A stretch of 16,258 bases of DNA, from assembly GCA_043778225.1 (NCBI GenBank), contig JAYWGM010000085.1, positions 1-16,258 of the forward strand, in the 5' to 3' direction. Positions 10,301 through 16,083 of this stretch are shown piece after piece. The stretch comes from Deinococcales bacterium (lineage in GTDB: Bacteria > Deinococcota > Deinococci > Deinococcales > JAAFIG01). Made by a program: the position numbers and the translations under genes. A model generated the notes under the pieces. It did no database searches, was not told where the DNA came from, and saw only the letters and a program-made list of their open reading frames with translations. The stretch's first letter is position 1. Each line of letters opens with the position of its first letter.

Positions 10301-12943
10301 TAAAAACTGAGCCAAGCCAAGGGTTAGATTTTCGCGCAAGGATAAAAAATAACTGCGCCGTGAAGCCCCAAGGCGCAACGACATCAGCGCATCAAAAAAA
10401 GGAATCAGCATCGGTAGGGCAATCAAAACCAAAATAAAAGCACTCCATAAAAGTGGCGACACGGGCAGCAACCAGCCCAGCACCAACGCCAAGACGGTGC
10501 AGATGGGAACAAGACTGCGCCGCAGATTATCGAGCATTTTCCAGCGTCCGATGGTCGAAATCGGGGCGCGGCTCGAGAAAATCCAAGGCAATAACTGCCA
10601 ATCGCCACGCACCCAACGGTGCTGACGAGCAGCCCGAACCCCATAGTGAGAAGGGTATTCTTCAATCAGTTCGACATCAGAAACCAAACCGGCTCGAGCA
10701 AATAACCCTTCAAATAAATCATGGCTTAAAAGGGCGGTCTCGGGAACACGACCTGCTAGGGCTTGCTCGAAAGCATCAAGGTCATAAATGCCCTTACCAG
10801 CATAACTGCCTTCGCCAAATAAATCTTGGTAGACATCCGAGACAGCACTGGCATAGGGATCCATACCAGCATGGCTCGAGAACACACGTTGAAAAACCGT
10901 ACCGTGGCGCTCACTGGGCAAAGACAAGGTAATGCGCGGTTGCAGTACCCCATAGCCTTCAATCACACGGTTGTTGTGGTCAAAACGGGGGCGGTTCAGG
11001 GGGTGCGCCATCGCGCCAACCAGACGACAGGCAGCGCCGCGTGGCAAGCGAGTGTCGGCATCCAAAGAAATAATAAAGCGCACATTTTTGGGAAGCTCGA
11101 GTTCTAAATCCATAAAAGTCGTGTCGGTTGCGCCGCGCAGCAAGCGATTAAATTCATGCAGCTTGCCGCGTTTGCGCTCCCAACCCATCCATGTTTGTTC
11201 GCTTGGGCTGTAGACCCTGTGGCGCAAAAATAACAAAAATCTCAAGCCGCTATCCTCACAAGCCTCATGGCGCTGATTGAGTGCCACATCATGGCGCTGA
11301 TTGAGTGCCGCTAACGTCTCGAGGGCGATTTTAAGCAATGCTTGGTCATTGGGCATGGTCTGGCTTGGCGCATCGGCAAAATCAGCCAGAATCGCAAAGC
11401 GTAAATCGCCGTCGGCATTAGCTAAATAGCGCACTTCGAGCCGTTCAAATTCTTCGATGATGCCCTGCTCGGAGGTAAAAAGAGTTGGTACAACCACCAA
11501 CGTGCGTAGACTGGCTGGGACACCGTTTTTTAACTCGAGTTTGGGGAGGGTGCGCGGTTCAAAAGTTCTGGTGACATGGTTGTTGATTAAAGCCAATGCC
11601 AAATCCGAAGCTGGAATAAAGACCAAAAGTGCCAAAAGAATCCGCTCTAAAAGGCTGACTTGTGGCGTAAATGTCAAAAAACCAAGCAGTGTAATGGCGA
11701 GGGAAATAAAGCCAATTGCCCCCAAATACCAAGGCAATGCCGATAGTCGGTAGGTGCGAAATAACCACTGCCTTGGCGTAGCCCTAAAATCCACTTGGCG
11801 CTCGAGCAAACTGCGTCCGTTGGCAATCAGGTAGTAGCCAACATCTTGGTGGCGCTCCGAGGTTGGGTTTGAGGCTGTCAACTGCACCAGCAGGCGGGCA
11901 ATTTCAACTTCGGCGTATTTTGAACCACGCCCTAATTCTTCGATGGCATGACGGTAACTGTCGCGGGTGGCAAAATCTGATTCGGCAAAGCCCAGCCCTA
12001 AGCGCAGTTCTTGGTCGACTAAGCTGACCGATTCAAAAAAAACCGCCCAGTCAACGGCTGAAATCAGACGCATACTGGTGATGATGTTTCGTACCGTCAG
12101 GTTAGCAGCACTCTGGGCTTGATAGCCTTGGGTCACAATTTCATCCAAGGTCGTCTGTTGGCGCTCTAAATGGGTCTCGAGCCAGCGCGTCACCCGAAAG
12201 CCAACGGCTTCACGCTCGCGCATTCGCTGTGCCAGTTGAACCATAAATGGTTTGGGCAACACTTGGCGTTCCAAACGCCCCAGCATCGTCTCGAGCGGTG
12301 CTGACGGTTGACTGTTGAAGCCCAGTAATTCGTCGGCAAAATGGTCGGCGGCTTGGCGGGCGGCTCGGGCTGATGTCACCCGCTCAGAAATTCGCCGCAA
12401 GTTCTCGACCAGTACAATCCGTAAAGTAATCGGCAATGCCCAGAGTTCGCCAATCTCGAGTGGTTGCTCGGCTTGATAGGCTTTGACAAAACTGATTAAG
12501 GTTTCGGTGTTAAAATGGCTGTCGGTGTGCGCCACAAAATCCCACGCCAGACCCAAAACTCGAGGATACTTGCCGAGCTTGCCACTTGCCAACTTAGGCA
12601 GATGACGATAAAACCCATTGGGCAAATCCTTGGTGATTTCGCGCAGTTGCTCGTCAATCACATAAAAATTGTCGAGCAACCACTCAGCGGCTGGGGTGAC
12701 TGTGCCACCGCCTTGTACGGCTTTGACAATCGTGCGGTACGAAGCCAATAAAACCCGAGCGTTGTCTCGAGTCCGCTTTGAAAGGTCTTTGCCAATTTGG
12801 CGCTTGGTCGTGGTCTGGTGTTCGCTTGCCAGTTTTTTAGCGTGCTGTTCGAGTCGCTCGAGGCTGAAAATCTGGTCGCGGATGGGTTCATCACTGCCAT
12901 CTGGGGAAACCGAGCGACCAAAAAAAGGCAAGACGATACTCAT
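4346..12943 (-). CDS. ndvB: Cyclic beta-1,2-glucan synthase (Cgs/NdvB/ChvB type): GT84 + cyclisation (GH189/glycoamylase-like) + GH94 phosphorylase regions
   Basis: 2865 aa. GT84 motifs WLLDNFY, GWERKRGK, LDADT, LLSHDLFEG, RQHRWVRGDWQ, with hydrophobic TM segments. Middle motifs PPDNFQE, HRTSPTNIG, YDLLASEARL, SWTGSMFEYLMP, WGISES. GH94 motifs GAYGFRDQLQD, GDWNDG, RENGGQYTHAA, GGWTWYTGSSGW. Confidence 0.93.
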   Translation of the reverse strand: MSIVLPFFGRSVSPDGSDEPIRDQIFSLERLEQHAKKLASEHQTTTKRQIGKDLSKRTRDNARVLLASYRTIVKAVQGGGTVTPAAEWLLDNFYVIDEQLREITKDLPNGFYRHLPKLASGKLGKYPRVLGLAWDFVAHTDSHFNTETLISFVKAYQAEQPLEIGELWALPITLRIVLVENLRRISERVTSARAARQAADHFADELLGFNSQPSAPLETMLGRLERQVLPKPFMVQLAQRMREREAVGFRVTRWLETHLERQQTTLDEIVTQGYQAQSAANLTVRNIITSMRLISAVDWAVFFESVSLVDQELRLGLGFAESDFATRDSYRHAIEELGRGSKYAEVEIARLLVQLTASNPTSERHQDVGYYLIANGRSLLERQVDFRATPRQWLFRTYRLSALPWYLGAIGFISLAITLLGFLTFTPQVSLLERILLALLVFIPASDLALALINNHVTRTFEPRTLPKLELKNGVPASLRTLVVVPTLFTSEQGIIEEFERLEVRYLANADGDLRFAILADFADAPSQTMPNDQALLKIALETLAALNQRHDVALNQRHEACEDSGLRFLLFLRHRVYSPSEQTWMGWERKRGKLHEFNRLLRGATDTTFMDLELELPKNVRFIISLDADTRLPRGAACRLVGAMAHPLNRPRFDHNNRVIEGYGVLQPRITLSLPSERHGTVFQRVFSSHAGMDPYASAVSDVYQDLFGEGSYAGKGIYDLDAFEQALAGRVPETALLSHDLFEGLFARAGLVSDVELIEEYPSHYGVRAARQHRWVRGDWQLLPWIFSSRAPISTIGRWKMLDNLRRSLVPICTVLALVLGWLLPVSPLLWSAFILVLIALPMLIPFFDALMSLRLGASRRSYFLSLRENLTLGLAQFLLTLTFLADQTWQMFDAIIRTLVRLFVTQRNLLEWRTAAQAQAGSSLRLTSFYRQMLAAPILAFFLALLVRFYQPSSWSVAVPFLVLWALSPFLARWASLYQPPRRLETLNQDQQTELRLIARRTWRFFERFISPQDHYLPPDNFQEDPQPKIAHRTSPTNIGLALLSTISAYDFGWLGRTETIERLELSFDSIEKLELYRGHLYNWYDTQTLQPLEPRYVSTVDSGNLAGHLLAFRQACFELQSRPLLGTEVLQGLSDTLQLARAVAQEIPKNQRPQSITPSQLNTTLQAVEAALTMPEDWVNKLKELVWLADTVADMAATLVSEQGNSLLVGSELNFWLRAFRASLQSHIRDLPEPNRVLSEPNGVLSEPNRVLSELNLEPSLESRLQALAQRAEDLFLKMEFGFLFDETKKLFAIGYDQTNQRRDSSSYDLLASEARLTSFIAIAKDEVPTSHWFHLGRELTPVEQGTALVSWTGSMFEYLMPRLVMHSPAGSLLEETSHLVVQAQIAYAASRSTLLQPIPWGISESAFAARDLALNYQYLAFGVPGLGLKRGLGDDLVIAPYATALAAMINPTAATQNFRRLKTIGAQGIYGFYDAIDFTASRLPEGTRQTIVRNYMAHHQGMALVALANVLLEDKMTKRFHRDARVQATELLLQERTPRAMAVARPRSEEVTASRPTETNPADERVFSSLQAAAGQTHMLSNGRYNVMLSAVGSGYSRWNNLAITRWREDPTRDDYGSYIYVAVLPDERGLGRRVWSATPQPLGLEPEGTKFFETKFFEDRAEFVRRDGNFETKLEVIVSPEDDAELRRLTLTNHDSKAREIELTSYHEVVLATPAADDAHPAFSKLFVETEFVAGTLLATRRPRSALEPRIWLAHTAVVEGSQAPQFETDRARFLGRGLGVHQPASIINGGLLSGTVGAVLDPILSLRRRVRLEAGATVRVTFSTLVAATRAAALELAERYNDPETFERALTLSWTRTQVELHHLGISASQVHVFQRLAGFLLYPSSQLLAANETLERNTLGQSGLWRHGISGDLPIVLLRIDDLAELELVSQVLRAYEYWQTKGLTFDLVILNEQPTSYMQALQEAIENLVRSKIHFHENPTHVYVLRGDLLSKAEHDLLQSASRVVLRSRLGTLAEQVSRSRTPVAKKPALNTQKRLPSVQKPTVQPTNLEFFNGLGGFAKNGLEYQITLGAGQWTPAPWINVIANPNFGFTVSESGSGYTWAQNSRENKLTVWSNDPVSDTPSEMIFIRDEETLELFSATPLPIREDSSPYTIAHGQGYSRFTHETHGLNLELTQFVADQDPIKISHLVIENHSPKARKISVTAYLEWVLGASREANARHIITELEPQTKAILARNHWSEEFSGAIAFTDLIVQWQAGKEASFTCDRLDFIGRFGQLSSPLALQTNQKLSNKLGAGLDPCAAMQTVLDLPLGARIEVVVLLGQSETRAEALALLQKYRNSDISLVLLAVKNSWQDTLGTVQVKTPNRAMDIMLNRWLPYQTLSARIYGRTGFYQAGGAYGFRDQLQDTMALASLKPDLAREQLLRAASRQFLEGDVQHWWHPPSGRGVRTRISDDLIWLPYAISHYLAVTTDRQILEQPVLFIEGDLLEPDQEDAYFTPRVSQISASLFEHGAKALEKSLALGTHGLPLIGSGDWNDGMNRVGSHGQGESVWLGWFLYTNLVAWATLAANRQETERANTWQAHAQKLQQALETNAWDGDWYKRAFYDDGTPLGSAENDECKIDSIAQTWAVISGAANPTRATQAMNALNQYLVKPAEQMVLLFTPPFEHTNRDPGYIKGYLPGVRENGGQYTHAAVWSVIAFAMLGDGDKAFELFSMINPIAHSSTRAEALRYKVEPYVLAADVYAQPPHNGRGGWTWYTGSSGWLYRAGLESILGFELRGKSITINPCIPRAWSSYQIDFKYHGSVYQITVENPDHCCQGVKLLELDGQAMVGSSFELTNDGLAHFVRVVLGKRI
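7952..7981 (-). repeat. In-frame 15-bp duplication in cgs (TKFFE x2)
   Basis: ACAAAGTTTTTTGAG followed by ACCAAATTTTTTGAA on the coding strand. Confidence 0.6.
9170..9232 (-). repeat. In-frame 3x21-bp tandem repeat in cgs (PNRVLSE / PNGVLSE / PNRVLSE)
   Basis: TTCGGACAAAACGCGGTTCGG / TTCGGACAAAACACCGTTCGG / TTCGGACAAAACACGGTTCGG on the + strand. Confidence 0.9.
11265..11309 (-). repeat. In-frame 24-bp-period duplication in cgs (ALNQRH x2)
   Basis: TCATGGCGCTGATTGAGTGCC is identical at 11265-11285 and 11289-11309. Confidence 0.85.
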
Positions 12944-12972
12944 TGTTTAACTCGAGCTTGACTGGTTTTCAT
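12940..12972 (-). other. 10-codon mini-ORF (MKTSQARVKQ) coupled to the cgs start
   Basis: ATG AAA ACC AGT CAA GCT CGA GTT AAA CAA TGA. Its TGA overlaps the cgs ATG (ATGA), and an SD-like GAAAGG lies 10 nt upstream. Confidence 0.4.
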
Positions 12973-12998
12973 GGTTTCTAAACCTTTCTCGAGCAAAT

Positions 12999-13241
12999 TC
13001 AAAATGGCTTCTTAGATTTAACCCAGCGCCGAATTAGGCTTTTGCCAAGCCAAACCGCCAAACCAAGCCAAGTAAAGCGTTGTTCGACTTGACGAGCCGA
13101 GAGACGCAACTGATTTTTGCGGTTTTTGATTCGTTCTAAAAGTTTAGATTCGCTACTCGAGCGCAATTGTTCTTGACCAAGGCTCTTGCGTAAACGCTGA
13201 TTGTGCAGCTTTAAGCCTTGTGTCAGTTGGCTGAGAATCAT
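12999..13241 (-). CDS. Small basic protein, YqjK-like position (80 aa from ATG 13241)
   Basis: ATGA overlap at 13238-13241 with the upstream stop. R/K-rich helix followed by a hydrophobic C-terminal segment (FTWLGLAVWLG). Family assignment rests on gene order only. Confidence 0.6.
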   Translation of the reverse strand: MILSQLTQGLKLHNQRLRKSLGQEQLRSSSESKLLERIKNRKNQLRLSARQVEQRFTWLGLAVWLGKSLIRRWVKSKKPF

Positions 13242-13507
13242 TTTCGGCTGAACCATAAGCACCCCAACGCCAGCAGCAACGAAGTGCTACCGATGATTAA
13301 ACCAGCCACCGCCGGAACAACCACGGTAGCCAGCAGCGTAAAAGCCGACCACATCAGCCAAACCAAACCAGTCAGCAATAACCCAGAAGCCAGTACGATC
13401 AAAACCACCGAACGCAGCATCTTTTTTAAGCGGCGCTGTAAACGCAAACCCTCGAGTTCAACCGTTTCGACTGCACCAATAAATAACTCAGCAAGTGCTA
13501 AGGTCAT
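13238..13507 (-). CDS. Two-TM membrane protein, YqjE / phage-holin-like family
   Basis: Charged N-terminal helix (VELEGLRLQRRL), then two long hydrophobic segments and a basic tail. ATGA overlap at 13504-13507. Confidence 0.7.
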   Translation of the reverse strand: MTLALAELFIGAVETVELEGLRLQRRLKKMLRSVVLIVLASGLLLTGLVWLMWSAFTLLATVVVPAVAGLIIGSTSLLLALGCLWFSRK

Positions 13508-13851
13508 GACCGACCACGCCCCATTCGACCGAGCAAAAAGGCAGCGCCAAAAATCAAAGCCAGACTTTCAAAAGGCTTTTTTTGGACTTGCTGCGCCAAT
13601 GGTTGCAAGAATCCTTTGGCTTGGGTTTGGGCTTGCTCGGCAATGTCTTCGATTTTCTGCTTATCCACACCCAATTGCTCGGCTTGGTGCAGCAGGTTTT
13701 GTAATTTTGGTTGCTCGAGCAATTGGCGTAACCACTGACTGATGGGTGTCGCCTGACGATCATGCTCTGGAACACCATCTTGATTTTTGGTCTCGTCGGC
13801 TACACCAGTATCTTCTAGCGTTTCTTCAGTTCGATTTTTATTTTTCATCAT
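13504..13851 (-). CDS. Tail-anchored DUF883 (ElaB/YqjD)-like protein
   Basis: Hydrophilic helical body; C-terminal VQKKPFESLALIFGAAFLLGRM matches the ElaB-type P..S...A..LLG anchor. GGAGG RBS (CCTCC 13854-13858). Confidence 0.72.
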   Translation of the reverse strand: MMKNKNRTEETLEDTGVADETKNQDGVPEHDRQATPISQWLRQLLEQPKLQNLLHQAEQLGVDKQKIEDIAEQAQTQAKGFLQPLAQQVQKKPFESLALIFGAAFLLGRMGRGRS

Positions 13852-13865
13852 GACCTCCGAGGCTT

Positions 13866-13918
13866 AGATTACGTTTGAGGCTTGATAGAACCTTGACGCT
13901 AAACTGAGGGGAAACTGA
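13866..13918 (-). promoter_or_regulatory. Promoter P1 with phased TCAR boxes (DUF883 trio, probably also cgs)
   Basis: TCAG tttcccc TCAG tttagcg TCAA ggttcta TCAA gcctcaaacg TAATCT. Confidence 0.65.
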
Positions 13919-13920
13919 AT

Positions 13921-13950
13921 TAAAAAAGCTCCCATTCGGGAGCTTTTTTA
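13921..13950 (-). terminator. Intrinsic (bidirectional-type) terminator
   Basis: TAAAAAAGCTCCC-ATTC-GGGAGCTTTTTTA, a perfect 13-bp inverted repeat 12 nt past the stop at 13963. Confidence 0.9.
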
Positions 13951-13962
13951 CTTGGTGGTGCT

Positions 13963-14256
13963 TTATCGTTTGCTGTCCTCGAGTTTAGCATCGCCTTTGA
14001 CATCATCTATAGCGCTTTTAACGTGTTCGACACCGGCTTTGACGCTTTCACTGGCTTTCTCGAGCAAGTTGTCGCTGCTGTCTGCTTTGACCTCGTGGGC
14101 TTTGGCTGCACCATGATGAACGGCGGCTCGAGCTTTATCGGCTGCACCCTCGATGCCTTCTTTGGCATCGTGCAAGGTATCTTTAGCACTTTCGGCGATA
14201 TTGCTTAAACCCTCTTTGATGCTTTGCGTGGCTGCTTTAATTTTGTCCTGAATCAT
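13963..14256 (-). CDS. Hydrophilic A/K/E/D-rich LEA-like (general stress) protein
   Basis: 97 aa with no W, C, F, Y or P; amphipathic, roughly 11-mer helical pattern (AKDTLHDAKEG IEGAADKARAA). AGGAG RBS and its own terminator. Confidence 0.75.
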   Translation of the reverse strand: MIQDKIKAATQSIKEGLSNIAESAKDTLHDAKEGIEGAADKARAAVHHGAAKAHEVKADSSDNLLEKASESVKAGVEHVKSAIDDVKGDAKLEDSKR

Positions 14257-14318
14257 ATTCTTCTCCTGTGTAGCACAGTTTTATTTTTTGTGAGGTGCTA
14301 CTTGAAAAAAGCATAAAA

Positions 14319-14351
14319 GCCTAAGCTGAAGTCTGACTGAAACTAAACTGC
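14319..14351 (-). promoter_or_regulatory. Partial phased-box array upstream of the LEA-like gene
   Basis: GCAG tttagtt TCAG tcagact TCAG cttaggc. TCAGCTTAGG is identical to the P3 box, but no clean -10 lies at the shared spacing. Confidence 0.4.
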
Positions 14352-14911
14352 GGTTTTTTGGCGGTTTGAACCAAGTGCTGCATCGTTTGCAAGGTGGCTC
14401 GAGCCATGATTTTTTGCAGCAGCATAAACCCAAAAACCTTCGGTGTTTCGACGGTAATACGAAAACGGACTGTACCAGTCAGCATATTTTTAACAATCGT
14501 CAATTCGATTATTTGATTTTTAAGTCGTAAACGCTGTCCCCAAACGGATTCATGCGCCCCTTGGCAGATACGCATTTCATGAATCGTGCCGCAAAAATGC
14601 ACTTCTTGATTTTGCTTAAAACCCAGTAATCGGGTTTGTAGTTGTAACCTTGAAGGCTCGAGTTGGGCGGTCGTAAGCCCAAAAATAAAATTATTGGGCA
14701 AGTAACAAGACTGGTGCAAAATCGCTTTGGCAGCAAAAAAACTGCCATTTGGGTCATCCTCGAGACTTTCAACTGGTAGGTCGGCTTCATAGCTATTGAT
14801 TTGGTAGGTTTTGGTTTTGGTACATTCGGCACGGCGTTCTAGCTCGAGGTTTATTTCAAAGATCGAAAAAAAGAAGGGTCTCGCCGGCTTATCAAAACTG
14901 AGTGAATTCAT
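14321..14911 (-). CDS. Hypothetical protein (196 aa)
   Basis: Longest ORF filling the gap between neighbouring genes and preceded by promoter P2. No family recognised with confidence. Confidence 0.6.
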   Translation of the reverse strand: MNSLSFDKPARPFFFSIFEINLELERRAECTKTKTYQINSYEADLPVESLEDDPNGSFFAAKAILHQSCYLPNNFIFGLTTAQLEPSRLQLQTRLLGFKQNQEVHFCGTIHEMRICQGAHESVWGQRLRLKNQIIELTIVKNMLTGTVRFRITVETPKVFGFMLLQKIMARATLQTMQHLVQTAKKPQFSFSQTSA

Positions 14912-14917
14912 GGCTTT

Positions 14918-14970
14918 AATTTGCCAGATGAAACTGAGATGAACACAGGCAAAACCTGAGGTTTATCTGA
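14918..14970 (-). promoter_or_regulatory. Promoter P2 with phased TCAG boxes (probably leaderless)
   Basis: TCAG ataaacc TCAG gttttgc ctgt gttcatc TCAG tttcatctgg CAAATT, then 6 nt, then ATG 14911. Confidence 0.55.
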
Positions 14971-14989
14971 ATGACATACTCGAGTCACC

Positions 14990-15042
14990 TCAGCTTAGGG
15001 TCAGGTCATGGTCAATCCAGTTTCAAATAAGCAGCTTAAAGT
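14990..15042 (+). promoter_or_regulatory. Promoter P3 with phased TCAR boxes
   Basis: TCAG cttaggg TCAG gtcatgg TCAA tccagtt TCAA ataagcagct TAAAGT. Confidence 0.65.
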
Positions 15043-15083
15043 CCTTTTACCGCAGCCAAGGCTGTGACTTCTAGGAGGGTCTT

Positions 15084-15350
15084 ATGGATTGGATTTTTGT
15101 GGTTATTGTCGGTGCGATTATTGGGTGGTTAGCCAGTTTAGTGATGAAAACCGACGGTCAGCAGGGTTTATTTGCCAATGTCGTGATTGGTATTGGCGGG
15201 GCTGCCCTTGGGCGCTGGTTATTGGGCGATGTGCTGAACATTGGCGGCGCACAAGTGGCTGGGGCATTTTCGATCATCGGCATTTTTTGGGGTGTACTCG
15301 GCGCAGCCCTGCTGATTTTTGTGCTGAAGGCTGTACGGGTCTTGCGTTAA
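15084..15350 (+). CDS. GlsB/YeaQ/YmgE family (transglycosylase-associated) stress membrane protein
   Basis: IVGAIIGWLASLVMK...G..ANVVIGIGGA.LG...GVLGAALLI signature; AGGAGG RBS at 15073-15078. Confidence 0.92.
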   Translation: MDWIFVVIVGAIIGWLASLVMKTDGQQGLFANVVIGIGGAALGRWLLGDVLNIGGAQVAGAFSIIGIFWGVLGAALLIFVLKAVRVLR

Positions 15351-15353
15351 AAC

Positions 15354-15406
15354 TCAGGAGCTATTCAGTTTCACAAGGTGTGGGCTTTAGGTTCTCGAGT
15401 CAAAAT
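15354..15406 (+). promoter_or_regulatory. Promoter P4 with phased boxes
   Basis: TCAG gagctat TCAG tttcaca aggt gtgggct TTAG gttctcgagt CAAAAT. Confidence 0.5.
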
Positions 15407-15444
15407 GGTTTTATCGCAAAACAGTTTGCGAGCAGGAGGAAATT

Positions 15445-16038
15445 ATGAAAAAACGTATGTCAGTCTTAGCAGTAGCAACAGGTTTAGCCTTATCAAGTTG
15501 TGGTTTGTTTGGTAACATCATCGGCGGTGGACCTGGATTCTCGGGTGGCGTGGATGGGGCTGCTCCAGCCGCTAGTAACTACCGTTTAGCAATGTTGCGC
15601 TTTACCACCTTTGGTGGCGCAAGCAATGAACAATCCGAAACGGCTGGTTTTGCTACCGCCATCACGATTAACGGCGGCACCGGTGGCTTTAGTGGCACAC
15701 TTGTCCCAAACCTCGATTTGGGCAACGACACCCAACGCTTTTACAAGCTGATTGTCTTTGAAGACAAAACCACCGAAGGCAAGTACGACCTTGATGCAAC
15801 CAGTTCAAATGGCGAAAAAGATAAATTGCTTGCCGACAGCACCAATGGCAAAGCCCTAGGCGGTAATCGCTTTTTGGTCTACGCCAAAGCCGACGGCACA
15901 TGGACAGCTGGTAAGCCACTCAAGCAAGGCTGGAACTTAGTGACCGACGTTGACCGCAACACCACCACCGATGCCAACATTGGGCGCGGCGATGATCTGG
16001 TTTCGCAATCCTTAGTGGGTATTACGATTACTTACTAA
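15445..16038 (+). CDS. Lipoprotein of unknown function
   Basis: Signal peptide II MKKRMSVLAVATGLALSS-C followed by a Gly-rich tether. AGGAGG RBS at 15434-15439 and a terminator downstream. Confidence 0.85.
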   Translation: MKKRMSVLAVATGLALSSCGLFGNIIGGGPGFSGGVDGAAPAASNYRLAMLRFTTFGGASNEQSETAGFATAITINGGTGGFSGTLVPNLDLGNDTQRFYKLIVFEDKTTEGKYDLDATSSNGEKDKLLADSTNGKALGGNRFLVYAKADGTWTAGKPLKQGWNLVTDVDRNTTTDANIGRGDDLVSQSLVGITITY

Positions 16039-16046
16039 TTCTTGAG

Positions 16047-16081
16047 AGAAAACCCCCCGAAGCCGTGTCGGGGGGTTTTCT
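16047..16081 (+). terminator. Intrinsic terminator
   Basis: AGAAAACCCCCCGA-agccgtg-TCGGGGGGTTTTCT, a perfect 14-bp stem 8 nt after the stop. Confidence 0.9.
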
Positions 16082-16083
16082 TA

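Noticed and set aside
4486..12950. Numerous short overlapping or antisense ORFs within cgs (and similar ones in the other genes)
   Set aside because: These are shadow frames of long, motif-rich genes and have no independent support.
13238..13507. Prophage lysis gene (holin)
   Set aside because: There are no phage genes nearby; the context next to a DUF883-like gene fits the cellular YqjE-like family.
14270..14301. GTAGCAC/GTGCTAC inverted repeat upstream of the LEA-like gene as a riboswitch or thermometer
   Set aside because: It is only a 7-bp stem, does not cover the RBS, and shows no known RNA motif.
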